Positions 49,980 through 62,721 are shown, counted from the first letter of the stretch. The stretch is DNA of 64,000 bases from Bradymonadia bacterium (GCA_046290225.1 JBKAGE010000004.1:17035-81034), one strand, 5' to 3'. Numbers and translations: made by a program. The notes: generated from the sequence alone by a model not told the origin.

Positions 49980-51617
49980 TCACCTCAACTTCAACGTGAG
50001 CCAGCCCTCGGTGAGCTGGCGGCCAGCGGAGAGCAGGGCTGGGGGCATGCTCCGGGTCTGCCACCGCGTCGAGAGGGTGGTGGCGTTGCTCAAGGGGACG
50101 CTCAGGGCGGCGCCGGCCTCAGGGGCCAGCGTGTGATCGCTCACCCCTGCCTCCACGATGCGGATGTCGGCGACGCCTCCGTGTCCTTCGAGGGCGAAGG
50201 GGCCCAGGGCCCCCTCCAATGTGAGGCGCACCTGACGGCGATCCCCCAGCGCAGGGGTGGCGCTGTCGCCGGGAGCAGACCAGAGCTGTTGCCCGAAGAG
50301 CGTCACGGCCAGGTTGCCGGAGGATTGCCACCTCGACTCTGCGGTGATCTCCCGCCAGCGGGGCCGGTCCGGGGCAGGGGAGACGCCTGAGCCGGGCCAC
50401 CTCGAAGTGCCCTGCACACTCACGGTGAGGGTGCCGGCCAAACCGGTGAATCGGTGCGTGATGCCTCCGGTGAGGCGCCACCCCCGTGGCGGTCTCAACA
50501 GCGAGATGCCCAAGGCGTCGCCGTCAAGAACATAGGGGCCGGTGACATTGGCGCGGTGTCCGATGCGGGCGTTGACGCCCAGGGCCCCGAGCTGCGTCGA
50601 AGATCGGCCGTGCCAGTGACTCACCTGCCCATCAATGGATTCGAGCCGCGCAGCGAGGCGCTGAGGCCCGAGACGGCCCGAGGCCTCGAGGTCGAGGTGG
50701 TGTGTCTCGGCGTAGGTGTAGTCGGCGTCGAGGCGTCCCCGCATTTCGCCTGCACCGATCCCCAGGCCGAGGCCCCCGTGACCCAGCCAGTCTACGGGCG
50801 TGCGTGTCGTAGGGGGCTCGATGGCTCGTCCGCCCGTCAGCTCGAGCCGGCGCACCCAGCCTGTGCGCTGTCGCCAGCGCCCGCGCACACCGTCGATGGT
50901 TTGCACCCCACCTCCTGGGGCCGAGGCGGTCTGGCGGCCGAGGGTCAGTCGGGCGGGCCCTTCTCGCCAGCGCAGGTGGGCCTCGTCGAGCAGGAACAAG
51001 GTGCCGTCGCAGTCCAGGGCGTCGGTGAGGCCTGGCAAGTCGGCTGAGTAGGCCTGGTCGGGCAGGGGGCAGCTGCCCGTGCGGGTTCTGTCTCGCCTGG
51101 AGAGGGCGTCGAGGTCGTGGCGCACCCGCATCTGGACCACGCCGTCCATGCCGAGGCCCCTCAGCTCACGGGCCTCGAGGCGCCATCGGTGGCGGAGGTC
51201 GATGTCGCTCTGCGGGCCCGCGCGGGCTCCCCTCACTGTGGCCTCCGCCTCCAGGCGGAGCGGCTGAGCGTCAGGGGGTGGGGCGTTGGCTTGAGCATCT
51301 TCGCGGGCGATGCGATCTGCAGGCTTCGATGGTGGGTACTCCACCTGCAACTTCACCTCGGCGTCAGCGCCCACGAAGACCAGCGCCGACCATGTGGGCC
51401 GTCGGCGGACCTTGACCTCCACGAGGTGAAAGCCTGCAGAGACGCGTTGTGGTGCCACAGGTGCCAGGCCCACTGGCTGGCGGTCGATGATGATCTCCGA
51501 GCCGTAGTGGGGCGTGGTGATCACCAGCGTGCCTGCCCGTGCGGTGGCCCCCAACAGCGAGAGGGCGCTGAGCGTCAGGCTCAACAGCAGCGTTCGAGCG
51601 AGCAATCCGGGCGTCAC
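49980..51617 (-). CDS. PEGA-domain protein with probable outer-membrane beta-barrel
   Basis: Signal peptide ending ARA; PEGA-like GTLVITT...IIID..PVG.AP....V.AG.H.VEV; LTLGRQ, IDGVR and amphipathic strands ending WLTLKLR. Confidence 0.7.
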   Translation of the reverse strand: MTPGLLARTLLLSLTLSALSLLGATARAGTLVITTPHYGSEIIIDRQPVGLAPVAPQRVSAGFHLVEVKVRRRPTWSALVFVGADAEVKLQVEYPPSKPADRIAREDAQANAPPPDAQPLRLEAEATVRGARAGPQSDIDLRHRWRLEARELRGLGMDGVVQMRVRHDLDALSRRDRTRTGSCPLPDQAYSADLPGLTDALDCDGTLFLLDEAHLRWREGPARLTLGRQTASAPGGGVQTIDGVRGRWRQRTGWVRRLELTGGRAIEPPTTRTPVDWLGHGGLGLGIGAGEMRGRLDADYTYAETHHLDLEASGRLGPQRLAARLESIDGQVSHWHGRSSTQLGALGVNARIGHRANVTGPYVLDGDALGISLLRPPRGWRLTGGITHRFTGLAGTLTVSVQGTSRWPGSGVSPAPDRPRWREITAESRWQSSGNLAVTLFGQQLWSAPGDSATPALGDRRQVRLTLEGALGPFALEGHGGVADIRIVEAGVSDHTLAPEAGAALSVPLSNATTLSTRWQTRSMPPALLSAGRQLTEGWLTLKLR

Positions 51618-51667
51618 CTGTTCGTTTGCGTCTTCGCTACCCTACAACAAGGACGGCCTCACCCGCA

Positions 51668-54421
<2,754 letters not shown>

Positions 54422-54511
54422 ACCCTGCGCCGCCACCCCCCGAGTCGCTTTACAAGAGGCCCTGAGCGGCCATCGACCCATCCAGGCGTGTGCCGCGGCA
54501 GACGTCACGGT

Positions 54512-55360
54512 GTGGCGCGCCGAGCTATGCTCGCGGGTGGGCTGGCCCTCTGGGGTCTCTGCCTCACAGGCGTTGGAGTCTCTTCCGCTGCGCCCTCCGG
54601 CCGCTCGGACGTCATCGAAGATCACCCCGACGGTCGCATCAATTGGAGCACTGGGCACATCGAGGTCCTCGGCGTGGGCACCCCCAAGGTGTTGTCGCCC
54701 ACGGGCAGCCTCACCGAGCGTGATCCTTATGTGCTCGCCCGGGAAGACGCCCGCGACCGGCTGGCCCGCCTGCTCGCCGAGCTGCAGATCGACAGCCAGC
54801 GCCGCCTCGGTGGCGTAGACGACCTGCAGCCGCTGGTGCAGATGCAGCTGCGAGGATTCACCAGCGAGACCGCCCGCCATTTCAGCGACGGCACTGTGCA
54901 TTTACCGGCCCAGGTGTCGTTCCAGTGGCTGCCTGGGGCCATGGCCGCCGCAGAGATGGGCGTGGCCACCGAGCAGGCGGTCGCCCCCCCGATCTCCGCT
55001 GCGGCGCTGGTGCCTGGAGACGCATCGCCGCCACCTCAGTTCACCCCTCTGGTGGTGCAGCTGGAGGGTGGCATGAAGCCCGCGGTGCAAATCGAGCTCG
55101 CTGCCCCTGGTGGTGGTCGCCGTCGGCCTGCAGGCCTGCCCGGCGATCCGCTCGGCGCCGAAGGTGTTCGGTGGATCAAAGGCATGCGGTCGGCGAAGCA
55201 GGCGCTCAAAGCTGGCCCGAAGCCTGTGATCCTCAAGGGCAAGGCTGGCAAGAGCCCCGGGGTGATCGTCCTCGATGCCAAAGGGCACGAGGTGGCGTTC
55301 ACCGCCGTCACCGAGGCTGAGCGACCCGGTCGTCAGGCGGTCTGGGTGGTGATGCCATGA
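54512..55360 (+). CDS. Secreted hypothetical protein (LPP20-like N-terminus)
   Basis: ARRAML plus hydrophobic stretch (possible Tat signal); G.INWS.G.I...GVG motif; start approximate. Confidence 0.6.
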   Translation: MARRAMLAGGLALWGLCLTGVGVSSAAPSGRSDVIEDHPDGRINWSTGHIEVLGVGTPKVLSPTGSLTERDPYVLAREDARDRLARLLAELQIDSQRRLGGVDDLQPLVQMQLRGFTSETARHFSDGTVHLPAQVSFQWLPGAMAAAEMGVATEQAVAPPISAAALVPGDASPPPQFTPLVVQLEGGMKPAVQIELAAPGGGRRRPAGLPGDPLGAEGVRWIKGMRSAKQALKAGPKPVILKGKAGKSPGVIVLDAKGHEVAFTAVTEAERPGRQAVWVVMP

Positions 55361-55797
55361 GGCCGGCGGTGTGTCGGATCACCCTCGCGACGCTGGCGTT
55401 GACCTGTGCAACGTGGAGCGTGGGCTGTGGTGACGGCGTGATCCGCCGCGCGGACGATCCGCTCTCGGCCTTGCCCCCCGCGACGAAGACCACCGGTTTC
55501 TTGCGGGTGGTGTGTGACCCCAATGACGTCGATGTGTATGTCGACGACGCCTTTCGGGGCCGACTCGACGGCTACCCCGAGGGGGTGATGGCGCTGCCCA
55601 GAGGCTTCCGGCGCATCACGCTGCGCAAGTCAGGGCACCTGCCGATGTACGCCGAGGTCGAGATCGGCGCCCGCCCTGTGCAGATCGAGCAACGGTTGAT
55701 CCCCGAGCCCCCTGATCCCGAGGCGCGATCGTCTGAGGGTGATGACGATCGTCCGACCTTCGAACTCGACGATCTGCTGAATCGAGGTGGTCCATGA
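55357..55797 (+). CDS. PEGA-domain lipoprotein
   Basis: Signal ending SVGC; GFLRV.CDP.DVDVYVDD...G motif; ATGA overlaps at both ends. Confidence 0.8.
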   Translation: MRPAVCRITLATLALTCATWSVGCGDGVIRRADDPLSALPPATKTTGFLRVVCDPNDVDVYVDDAFRGRLDGYPEGVMALPRGFRRITLRKSGHLPMYAEVEIGARPVQIEQRLIPEPPDPEARSSEGDDDRPTFELDDLLNRGGP

Positions 55798-56978
55798 GCG
55801 CGTCCGAACAGCCCAGCCCTGATCAGCCCAGCTCCGATCAGCGACAGAAGCGCTACCTCTACACCCTGGCCAAGGTGGCCCTGATCTTCATCGGGATCTC
55901 GGTGACGCTCTCCGCGGTGGCGTTGCTCCAACAGACGCTCACCCTGTTGCTCATCGCGTTCTTCATCGCCTATCTGCTGCATCCCGCCCTCAGCGCCCTC
56001 GAAGCCCGCGGCCTGGGCCGAACCACGGCGGTGTGGCTCGTGCTCGGGGGCGCCTTGCTCGTCTTCGGTGTGCTGGTGTTGCTGGTGCTGCCAGCCATCG
56101 CCACCGACATCGCCTCTATGGGCCGCACCCTGCCTGCGCGGTTCGCCGAGTTCTGCAATCAGATCCCCCAATGGCTCGAGACCGAGCTGGGCATGACTGT
56201 CTCTGGTGACTTCCGGGCGCTGCTCGACGAGCTCGGGCGCGACTCCCAGGCTGAGTTGCCAGAGCTCGCCAAACAGGGCAGTCGCATCTTCGGCAGCCTG
56301 GTGAAGGGGACCGCGGGCCTTGCTGGGCTGGTGGGCAACCTCGTGCTCATCCCGCTGCTGGCGTTCTACCTCATGCGGGACTACCGCTCCGTGAACCGGC
56401 AGCTGTTCACTGAGTTTGTGCCACCACAGTATCGAGAGGGCGCGCTGAAGCGCCTTGGCCGCGCCGACGAGGTCCTCGGTGGCTTCGTCCGTGGCCAGCT
56501 CACCGTGGCGAGCGTCCTCGCAGGCCTCTACACCATCGGCCTCTGGATCAGCGGCGTACCTCTGGCCTTTGTCATTGGCCCGTTGGCGGGCTTCGCCAAC
56601 CTCGTGCCTTTCCTCGGCGTGGCCGTGGGTGTGGGCTTGAGCGCCCTGGTGATGTTGCTCGAAGGCAGCGGCAACCTGGTCTGGATCGGCGCCGGCGTCA
56701 CCTTCGGGGTGGTGCAGGTGCTCGAGAGCTTCGTACTCACGCCCCGCATCGTCGGCGAGAAGGTGGGGCTCTCGCCCTTTGGCGTGATCGTGGCCCTGGC
56801 TGCTTTCGGTGAGGCCTTTGGCTTTGTCGGGGTGTTGCTCGCCGTGCCCACGGCGGCGGTGCTCAAGACCCTCTGGCCCGACGTGCGCACCCTGTGGCGC
56901 CGACAGCTGGGCTTCGCCGAAGAGGCCGAGTCTGCTCCGGAAGACGGCGCTGAGCCCGCAGCTGAAGGAGAGGCCTGA
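55794..56978 (+). CDS. AI-2E family transporter
   Basis: IAYLLHP, GFVRGQL, LTPRIVGEKVGLSP and GVLLAVP motifs. Confidence 0.93.
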   Translation: MSASEQPSPDQPSSDQRQKRYLYTLAKVALIFIGISVTLSAVALLQQTLTLLLIAFFIAYLLHPALSALEARGLGRTTAVWLVLGGALLVFGVLVLLVLPAIATDIASMGRTLPARFAEFCNQIPQWLETELGMTVSGDFRALLDELGRDSQAELPELAKQGSRIFGSLVKGTAGLAGLVGNLVLIPLLAFYLMRDYRSVNRQLFTEFVPPQYREGALKRLGRADEVLGGFVRGQLTVASVLAGLYTIGLWISGVPLAFVIGPLAGFANLVPFLGVAVGVGLSALVMLLEGSGNLVWIGAGVTFGVVQVLESFVLTPRIVGEKVGLSPFGVIVALAAFGEAFGFVGVLLAVPTAAVLKTLWPDVRTLWRRQLGFAEEAESAPEDGAEPAAEGEA

Positions 56979-59185
56979 TGTCGCGCATTCAAGTCCTCGA
57001 CGAGGCCCTATCGAACCAGATCGCCGCCGGCGAGGTGGTGGAGCGCCCGGCGAGCGTGGTCAAGGAGCTTCTGGAGAACGCCCTCGACGCCGGCGCCACG
57101 GCCATCACCGTGGAGTTCGAAGAGGGGGGCATCAAGAAGCTCCGGGTGGTGGACAACGGTTGCGGCATGACTCGAGAAGAGGCGCCTCTGGCCCTCAAAC
57201 GCCACGCCACCAGCAAGATCAAGCGCGTGGAAGATCTCATCCGCATCGGCACCCTGGGTTTCCGGGGCGAGGCGCTGCCCTCCATCGCCTCGGTGAGCCG
57301 CTTCAGCATCCGGACCCGCACCCCAGAGGCCCTCGGCGCGGTGAAGGTCTCCATCGCCGGCGGCAAGGATCTCACCATCACCGACGCTGCGGGCCCTGTG
57401 GGCACCGAGATGGTGATGACTGATCTGTTCTTCAACATCCCCGCCCGGCGGAAGTTCCTGAAGAAGCCCCAGACCGAGGGGTCTCACATTCAGGAGGCGG
57501 TACAGCGCCTTGCCCTGGCGCACCCGCACGTGGCCTTCAGGCTGATCCGCGACGGCCGCACGCTCACCGACGTGCCCCGCCACGACGATCTGCGCGATCG
57601 GGCCAGGGCCCTTTTCGGTGACGACGTCGCCGGGCGCCTGCAGCCCGTGAAGGCCGACGGGGCCTTTCACCTCGAGGGCTTCATCGGGCCCCCTGACAGC
57701 GCCCGCACCACAGCGCGGCACTACTACCTCTTCATCAACGGCCGCTTCGTGCGAGATCGGGTGATGATGAGCGCGGTGCAGGCGGCGTATCGCGACCACG
57801 TCAAGGGCGCCCGGCACCCCTTCGTGATCCTCGTCCTCACCGTGCCTCCAGAGGCGGTGGACGTGAACGTACACCCGGCGAAGACCGAGGTGCGTTTCGT
57901 GGACAGCGGCCCGATCCACCGGGTGATCTTTCGAGCGATCCGAGGGGTCCTCGAGGAAGACCCCTGGTCCGCGCCCGAAGATGTCGAGGTGCCCAAGGGG
58001 CGGGCCTACGCCCTCAAGAGCGGCGACACCGGCACGCTCTTCGATGGCAGTGCGCCGGCATCTCCGGGGCGCCCACAAGACGACCCGGCAAACGCTGCGC
58101 CCGAGCCTTCGGCTTTGGACGCCCACCGCAAACGGGTCTTCGACGTGATGGCCCGACTCTCTGCTCGCCGCAGCTCCATGCGGGGCACGCCGCCCCCAGC
58201 AGACTCGGCGACGCCCCTCGAGCTCGAAGAGGGCGTGTTTCCACCCCCTGGGGTGCCGTTGCCCGTACGGCGAGATCAGCCATCCGATGCGCCCACGGGT
58301 CCATCGTCGTTCGACCCTGGAGCAGGGCGCATGGGTGAGCCCATGACCGAGGTCGATTTCGGGATGGGGGTGCCTGCTGGGGTGCCACCATCCATGCCTG
58401 CTGGCTCTCCCGAGGGCGACACTGCAGGCGAGCCAGATGCTGCGGCCTCATCTACAGAGCAACTCGGCGAGACCACCAGCCCCTCTGTAGGCAAGGCACC
58501 CGCCATCGCCGAGCTTCTGGGCGCTCGGAAGGGCACTCAGAGCCGCGATCTCCCGCCGCGACCTCCAGAGCAGGACTGGCCCGAGATCGGCCGAGCCGAG
58601 GGGGCGGTGCCGTTCGGCGCGTTGCGCTTCGCCGGGGTGGTCGGCGAGCGGTTCGCGTTGTGCGAGTCAGGTGACGGGTTGCTGGTGGTCGACGTCGACG
58701 CCGCCGCGGAGCGGGTCATCTGGCAGAGGCTCCGCGAAGGCGCTGGCGACTTGGGTGTGCCTTTGCCCATGCCCGCGGTGCTCCACTTCAGCCCGGCGAG
58801 GCGTCAGCGCTACGAACAGCTGCAGAGTGCCCTGAGCCGCATGGGGTTTGCCCTTGAGCCCTTTGGGAAAGACGCCCTGGCCTTGAGCCGAGTGCCCATG
58901 CCCGCGGCGGGCCTGCCCGGCGGCGAGATCCTCGAGGCCCTGCTTGACGAGGCCACCGACGAGTCGGGGCTCTACTCCGCCCTCGCTGCTCGGGTGGCCA
59001 GGGCGCGGCCGTTGCGCAGCCTCACCGAGATCGCCGCCTTGTTGCAGGCGCTGCACCACAGCGAGATCAGCCTCGGCCGAGATGGCCAACGGGGCCCCTG
59101 GACGATGCTGTCCTTCGAGTCTCTGGGCCGTCGACCGTTCCCAGGCGGCCGCCCGCCCCTCGATCTCGACGAGGAGGAGACGTGA
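56978..59185 (+). CDS. mutL: DNA mismatch repair protein MutL (degenerate C-terminal domain)
   Basis: NQIAAGEVVERPASVVKEL, HATSKI, GFRGEAL and VDVNVHPAKTEVRF motifs. Confidence 0.96.
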   Translation: MSRIQVLDEALSNQIAAGEVVERPASVVKELLENALDAGATAITVEFEEGGIKKLRVVDNGCGMTREEAPLALKRHATSKIKRVEDLIRIGTLGFRGEALPSIASVSRFSIRTRTPEALGAVKVSIAGGKDLTITDAAGPVGTEMVMTDLFFNIPARRKFLKKPQTEGSHIQEAVQRLALAHPHVAFRLIRDGRTLTDVPRHDDLRDRARALFGDDVAGRLQPVKADGAFHLEGFIGPPDSARTTARHYYLFINGRFVRDRVMMSAVQAAYRDHVKGARHPFVILVLTVPPEAVDVNVHPAKTEVRFVDSGPIHRVIFRAIRGVLEEDPWSAPEDVEVPKGRAYALKSGDTGTLFDGSAPASPGRPQDDPANAAPEPSALDAHRKRVFDVMARLSARRSSMRGTPPPADSATPLELEEGVFPPPGVPLPVRRDQPSDAPTGPSSFDPGAGRMGEPMTEVDFGMGVPAGVPPSMPAGSPEGDTAGEPDAAASSTEQLGETTSPSVGKAPAIAELLGARKGTQSRDLPPRPPEQDWPEIGRAEGAVPFGALRFAGVVGERFALCESGDGLLVVDVDAAAERVIWQRLREGAGDLGVPLPMPAVLHFSPARRQRYEQLQSALSRMGFALEPFGKDALALSRVPMPAAGLPGGEILEALLDEATDESGLYSALAARVARARPLRSLTEIAALLQALHHSEISLGRDGQRGPWTMLSFESLGRRPFPGGRPPLDLDEEET

Positions 59186-60156
59186 CCGCCCCTCTGCTCT
59201 GCATCGTGGGCCCCACCGCCGTGGGGAAGACCGCGCTCTCCATCGCCCTCGCGCAGGCCACCCACGCCGAGGTGGTGAGCGCCGACGCCAGCCAGATTTA
59301 TCAGGGCCTGGACATCGGCACGGGCAAAGTCACTGCTGATGAGATGGGCGACGTGCCGCATCACCTCATCGATGTGGTGCGCCCGGACGAGGCCTTCGAC
59401 GCCCAGCGGTACATCGCCCTCGCCGATGCTGCCATCGCGGAGATCCGAGGGCGCGGGCGTCCAGTCATCGTCTGTGGCGGCACCGGGCTCTACATTCGGG
59501 CGTTGATCCACGGGCTGTGCCCTGCGCCTCCAGTGGACGACGCGATCCGGGCCGAGATCCAGGCTCAAATCGCCCAAGGTGAGCTGCCAGTATTGCACGC
59601 GGCCCTCGCCGAGGCTGATCCCGAGGCCGCCCGCCGCATCGCCCCCGCTGATCGTCAGCGCATCGAGCGCGCTCTGGGTGTGTTCCGCACCACAGGCCGC
59701 ACGCTCTCGGCGTGGCAGGCGGAGCATCGCTTCGCCGAGCATCGTCATCAGGCCGTGTTCCTCGGCCTGAACATGGAGCGGCCGCAGCTCAACGACCGCA
59801 TCGATCGTCGGGCCCAGGCCATGTTCGAGGGTGGCCTCGTCGACGAAGTGGCCCGCCTCGAGGCCGCGGGCTACGGGGCGGCGCTGAGGAGCATGTCGGC
59901 CATCGGGTATCGGTACGCCGCCGAGGTCCACCACGGCACCCTCACAAAAGCTCGAGCGATCGAGCTCACCGCCCGAGATACACGCCGGTACGCCAAGCGC
60001 CAGGTGACGTGGTTCAAGGCCCTCGAGGGGGTCATGTGGCACACGCCGCCGGTGCAGATCGTGCCGTTGCTCAAGTCGCTCGGGGCCGCAGGCTGGCCAG
60101 CAGGCACAGTCAGTGACGGCATCGACGAGATCTCTGCGGAGGAGACAAGCGTATGA
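59182..60156 (+). CDS. miaA: tRNA dimethylallyltransferase
   Basis: GPTAVGKT, DIGTGK, PHHLID, GGTGLY and YAKRQ.TW motifs. Confidence 0.97.
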   Translation: MTAPLLCIVGPTAVGKTALSIALAQATHAEVVSADASQIYQGLDIGTGKVTADEMGDVPHHLIDVVRPDEAFDAQRYIALADAAIAEIRGRGRPVIVCGGTGLYIRALIHGLCPAPPVDDAIRAEIQAQIAQGELPVLHAALAEADPEAARRIAPADRQRIERALGVFRTTGRTLSAWQAEHRFAEHRHQAVFLGLNMERPQLNDRIDRRAQAMFEGGLVDEVARLEAAGYGAALRSMSAIGYRYAAEVHHGTLTKARAIELTARDTRRYAKRQVTWFKALEGVMWHTPPVQIVPLLKSLGAAGWPAGTVSDGIDEISAEETSV

Positions 60157-61463
60157 CTACAGCGCGTGGGCCAGCGGCCCCGCTCCAGGGCCAGGTTCGA
60201 GTGCCCGGAGACAAGTCCATTGGCCACCGGGCGTGCATCTTCAGCGCCCTCGCCGAGGGTCGGAGCACCGTCACTGGGCTCTCCCACGGTGCCGACATCA
60301 GCACCACCCTCGCCGTGCTCCAGCAGCTCGGCGTCGCTGCACAGATCACCCACGCCGACGACGGCACCCGCACCGCGGTGATCGAGGGCAGGGGGCTCGG
60401 CGGGCTCAGCCAGCCTGTGGGTGATGTGGACTGCGGCAACAGCGGCACCACCATCCGGCTGATGATGGGCGTCCTCGCTGGCCAGCGTCAGATCCAGGGG
60501 GCGCGGCTCATCGGCGACGCCTCGCTGAGTAAGCGGCCCATGGCCCGGGTCTCAGATCCGTTGTCCGCCCTTGGCGCTCACATCGAGTTGCCTGAGGGGG
60601 ATCACCCGCCAGTGGTGATGAGTGGGGTCGTCTTGAACAGCCCTGAAGGCGCCATCGACACCGGCGGCGCCAGCGCCCAGGTGAAGAGCGCGTTGCTCCT
60701 CGCTGGGGTACAAGCGCAAGGGCCCGTGACCGTAGTGGAGCGTGGCCCCAGCCGGGATCACACCGAGCGCATGCTCCTCGGCCGCGGCGTGCCAGTACAG
60801 ATCGAGGGTCGGCAAATCACGGTCACGCCTGTGTCGCAATGGCCGGCCATGGATCAGCGTGTCCCTGGTGATCCTTCGAGCGCGGCCTTCTGGCTCGGCG
60901 CCGCGGCGTTGATCCCCGGCAGCGACATCACGGTGGAGGGCATCAGCCTCAACCCCACCCGCACGGGCATCCTCGACATCCTCCAATCCATGGGGGCCGA
61001 TCTACAGATCGACGCTCAGGGTGAGGCTGGGGGAGAGCCCATCGGCGCGGTACGACTCAGGTACCGTCCGCTCACCGGCGTCGACATCAGCGGTGACGTG
61101 GTGGTTCGGGCCATCGACGAGCTGCCCCTCGTGGCGGCCCTCGCAGCCCTCGCCGAGGGGGAGACGCGCATCACCGGCGCCCGAGAGCTTCGGGTGAAGG
61201 AGAGCGATCGGGTGGCGGCCATGGCGGAGATGCTCACCACGCTCGGCGGCCGCGTCGATGCCCTCGAAGATGGCTGGCACATCGAAGGTGTATCCACCCT
61301 CGGCGGTGGCGCGGTGAAGGCGTATCACGATCACCGCATCGCCATGGTGGCGGGGATCCTCGATCGGGTGACGACGGCGCCGGTGGTGATCGACACCCCC
61401 GAGGTGGCGGCGGTCTCCTACCCGACTTTTCTGACACAACTGAATCGGATGACAGCACGATGA
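60153..61463 (+). CDS. aroA: 3-phosphoshikimate 1-carboxyvinyltransferase
   Basis: PGDKSI.HR, CGNSGTT, SAQVKS, RDHTERML, ELRVKESDR and DHRIAM motifs. Confidence 0.97.
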   Translation: MTTARGPAAPLQGQVRVPGDKSIGHRACIFSALAEGRSTVTGLSHGADISTTLAVLQQLGVAAQITHADDGTRTAVIEGRGLGGLSQPVGDVDCGNSGTTIRLMMGVLAGQRQIQGARLIGDASLSKRPMARVSDPLSALGAHIELPEGDHPPVVMSGVVLNSPEGAIDTGGASAQVKSALLLAGVQAQGPVTVVERGPSRDHTERMLLGRGVPVQIEGRQITVTPVSQWPAMDQRVPGDPSSAAFWLGAAALIPGSDITVEGISLNPTRTGILDILQSMGADLQIDAQGEAGGEPIGAVRLRYRPLTGVDISGDVVVRAIDELPLVAALAALAEGETRITGARELRVKESDRVAAMAEMLTTLGGRVDALEDGWHIEGVSTLGGGAVKAYHDHRIAMVAGILDRVTTAPVVIDTPEVAAVSYPTFLTQLNRMTAR

Positions 61464-62104
61464 TCGTGGCGATCGACGGCCCCGCCGGGGCCGGGAAGAG
61501 CAGCGTCGGCAAGGCGGTGGCTCAACAACTGGGCTTTGTACGCATCGACACCGGCGCCCTGTATCGGGCAGTGGGCTTCGCCGCCACCCGCGGGCAGGTG
61601 GGCCCGGAGGATCCAGGGCTCGGGGCTTTTGCCTCGGGTCTCGATCTGGCCTTCGACGGTGATCGGGTGCTGCTCGATGGTGAAGACGTCACCGAGGCGA
61701 TCCGCACGCCGGAGATGAGCAAGGCGGCGAGCCTCTATGCGGCGAAGATCCCGGTGCGCGAGGCGCTGCTGTCGCTGCAGCGCCGCCTGGGCCGCGCGCA
61801 GGATTCGGTGCTTGAAGGGCGTGACATTGGCACTGTGGTGTTCCCGGATGCCGAGGTGAAGATCTTCCTGACGGCGTCGGACGAGGCCCGCGCTCAGCGA
61901 CGGCTCAAGGAGCTGGAGGGGAAGGGGATTACGGCATCGCTGGACGAGGTGCTCGCGGATATTCGCGCTCGGGATGCTGCAGATTCGGGCCGGGATGTGG
62001 CGCCCCTGGTTCAGGCGGATGACGCTGTGGTGGTGGATACGACAGCGCTGGACTTTGAGGGGGCTGTGGAGGCGTGTGTGCGGGTTGTGAAGAATCGGCA
62101 ATAG
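61460..62104 (+). CDS. cmk: Cytidylate kinase
   Basis: IAIDG-like VAIDGPAGAGKS, DTGALYR and EGRDIGTVVFPDA motifs. Confidence 0.97.
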   Translation: MIVAIDGPAGAGKSSVGKAVAQQLGFVRIDTGALYRAVGFAATRGQVGPEDPGLGAFASGLDLAFDGDRVLLDGEDVTEAIRTPEMSKAASLYAAKIPVREALLSLQRRLGRAQDSVLEGRDIGTVVFPDAEVKIFLTASDEARAQRRLKELEGKGITASLDEVLADIRARDAADSGRDVAPLVQADDAVVVDTTALDFEGAVEACVRVVKNRQ

Positions 62105-62207
62105 GTTTGGCTCTTATTGCCTTTTAGAATTGGGAAGGATGTGTTTGTATCGCGTTTGTGTAATGAGTTGATTGATAGCTCTTTTAGGTTTGATGAGGTT
62201 GTGAATT

Positions 62208-62669
62208 GTGAAGTCTGTTGTTGGGTTTATTGTTGCTGTTTTTTCGGCGGTTGCTGGCGGTATTGCCGTATATGAGTTTGCTATTAAACAAAAACGAGAG
62301 GTTGTTGAGAAGCCAATAAATGTGACCCTTGAGTTTCGCCCCTTTTGGAATTGTACTGGGGAGTGTGACCGAAGCTTTGAGTTGAGTATTGATGAACGAG
62401 TACAGATGAGAGCAGAACTCGATGATATTTTTGACGATGATGGACACTGTATAGAAGTTTGGTCCAAAGACGTTAGATTATACCGTTCTGGCAGTTTTGA
62501 ATATCGCCTAAGAGGCGAGTTTTGTGACTTGATCATGACTGAGGATGATATGCCCATGTACAAAACATATCCTGTCGACGTTACCGGGAACGCCGTTTTT
62601 AAGGATGGGGCGACCTACTTAATTGAGGTTGATTATGAAAAGAATCACGCGTCAATAGTGAAACGGTGA
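62208..62669 (+). CDS. Low-GC hypothetical membrane-anchored protein
   Basis: 153-aa ORF in AT-rich DNA with upstream GAGG, N-terminal TM segment and four Cys. Confidence 0.7.
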   Translation: MKSVVGFIVAVFSAVAGGIAVYEFAIKQKREVVEKPINVTLEFRPFWNCTGECDRSFELSIDERVQMRAELDDIFDDDGHCIEVWSKDVRLYRSGSFEYRLRGEFCDLIMTEDDMPMYKTYPVDVTGNAVFKDGATYLIEVDYEKNHASIVKR

Positions 62670-62721
62670 GTGTGGAGCCATTCTTTTGCGGATCGTAAAA
62701 GAGCCTTTTAGCTTGATTATG

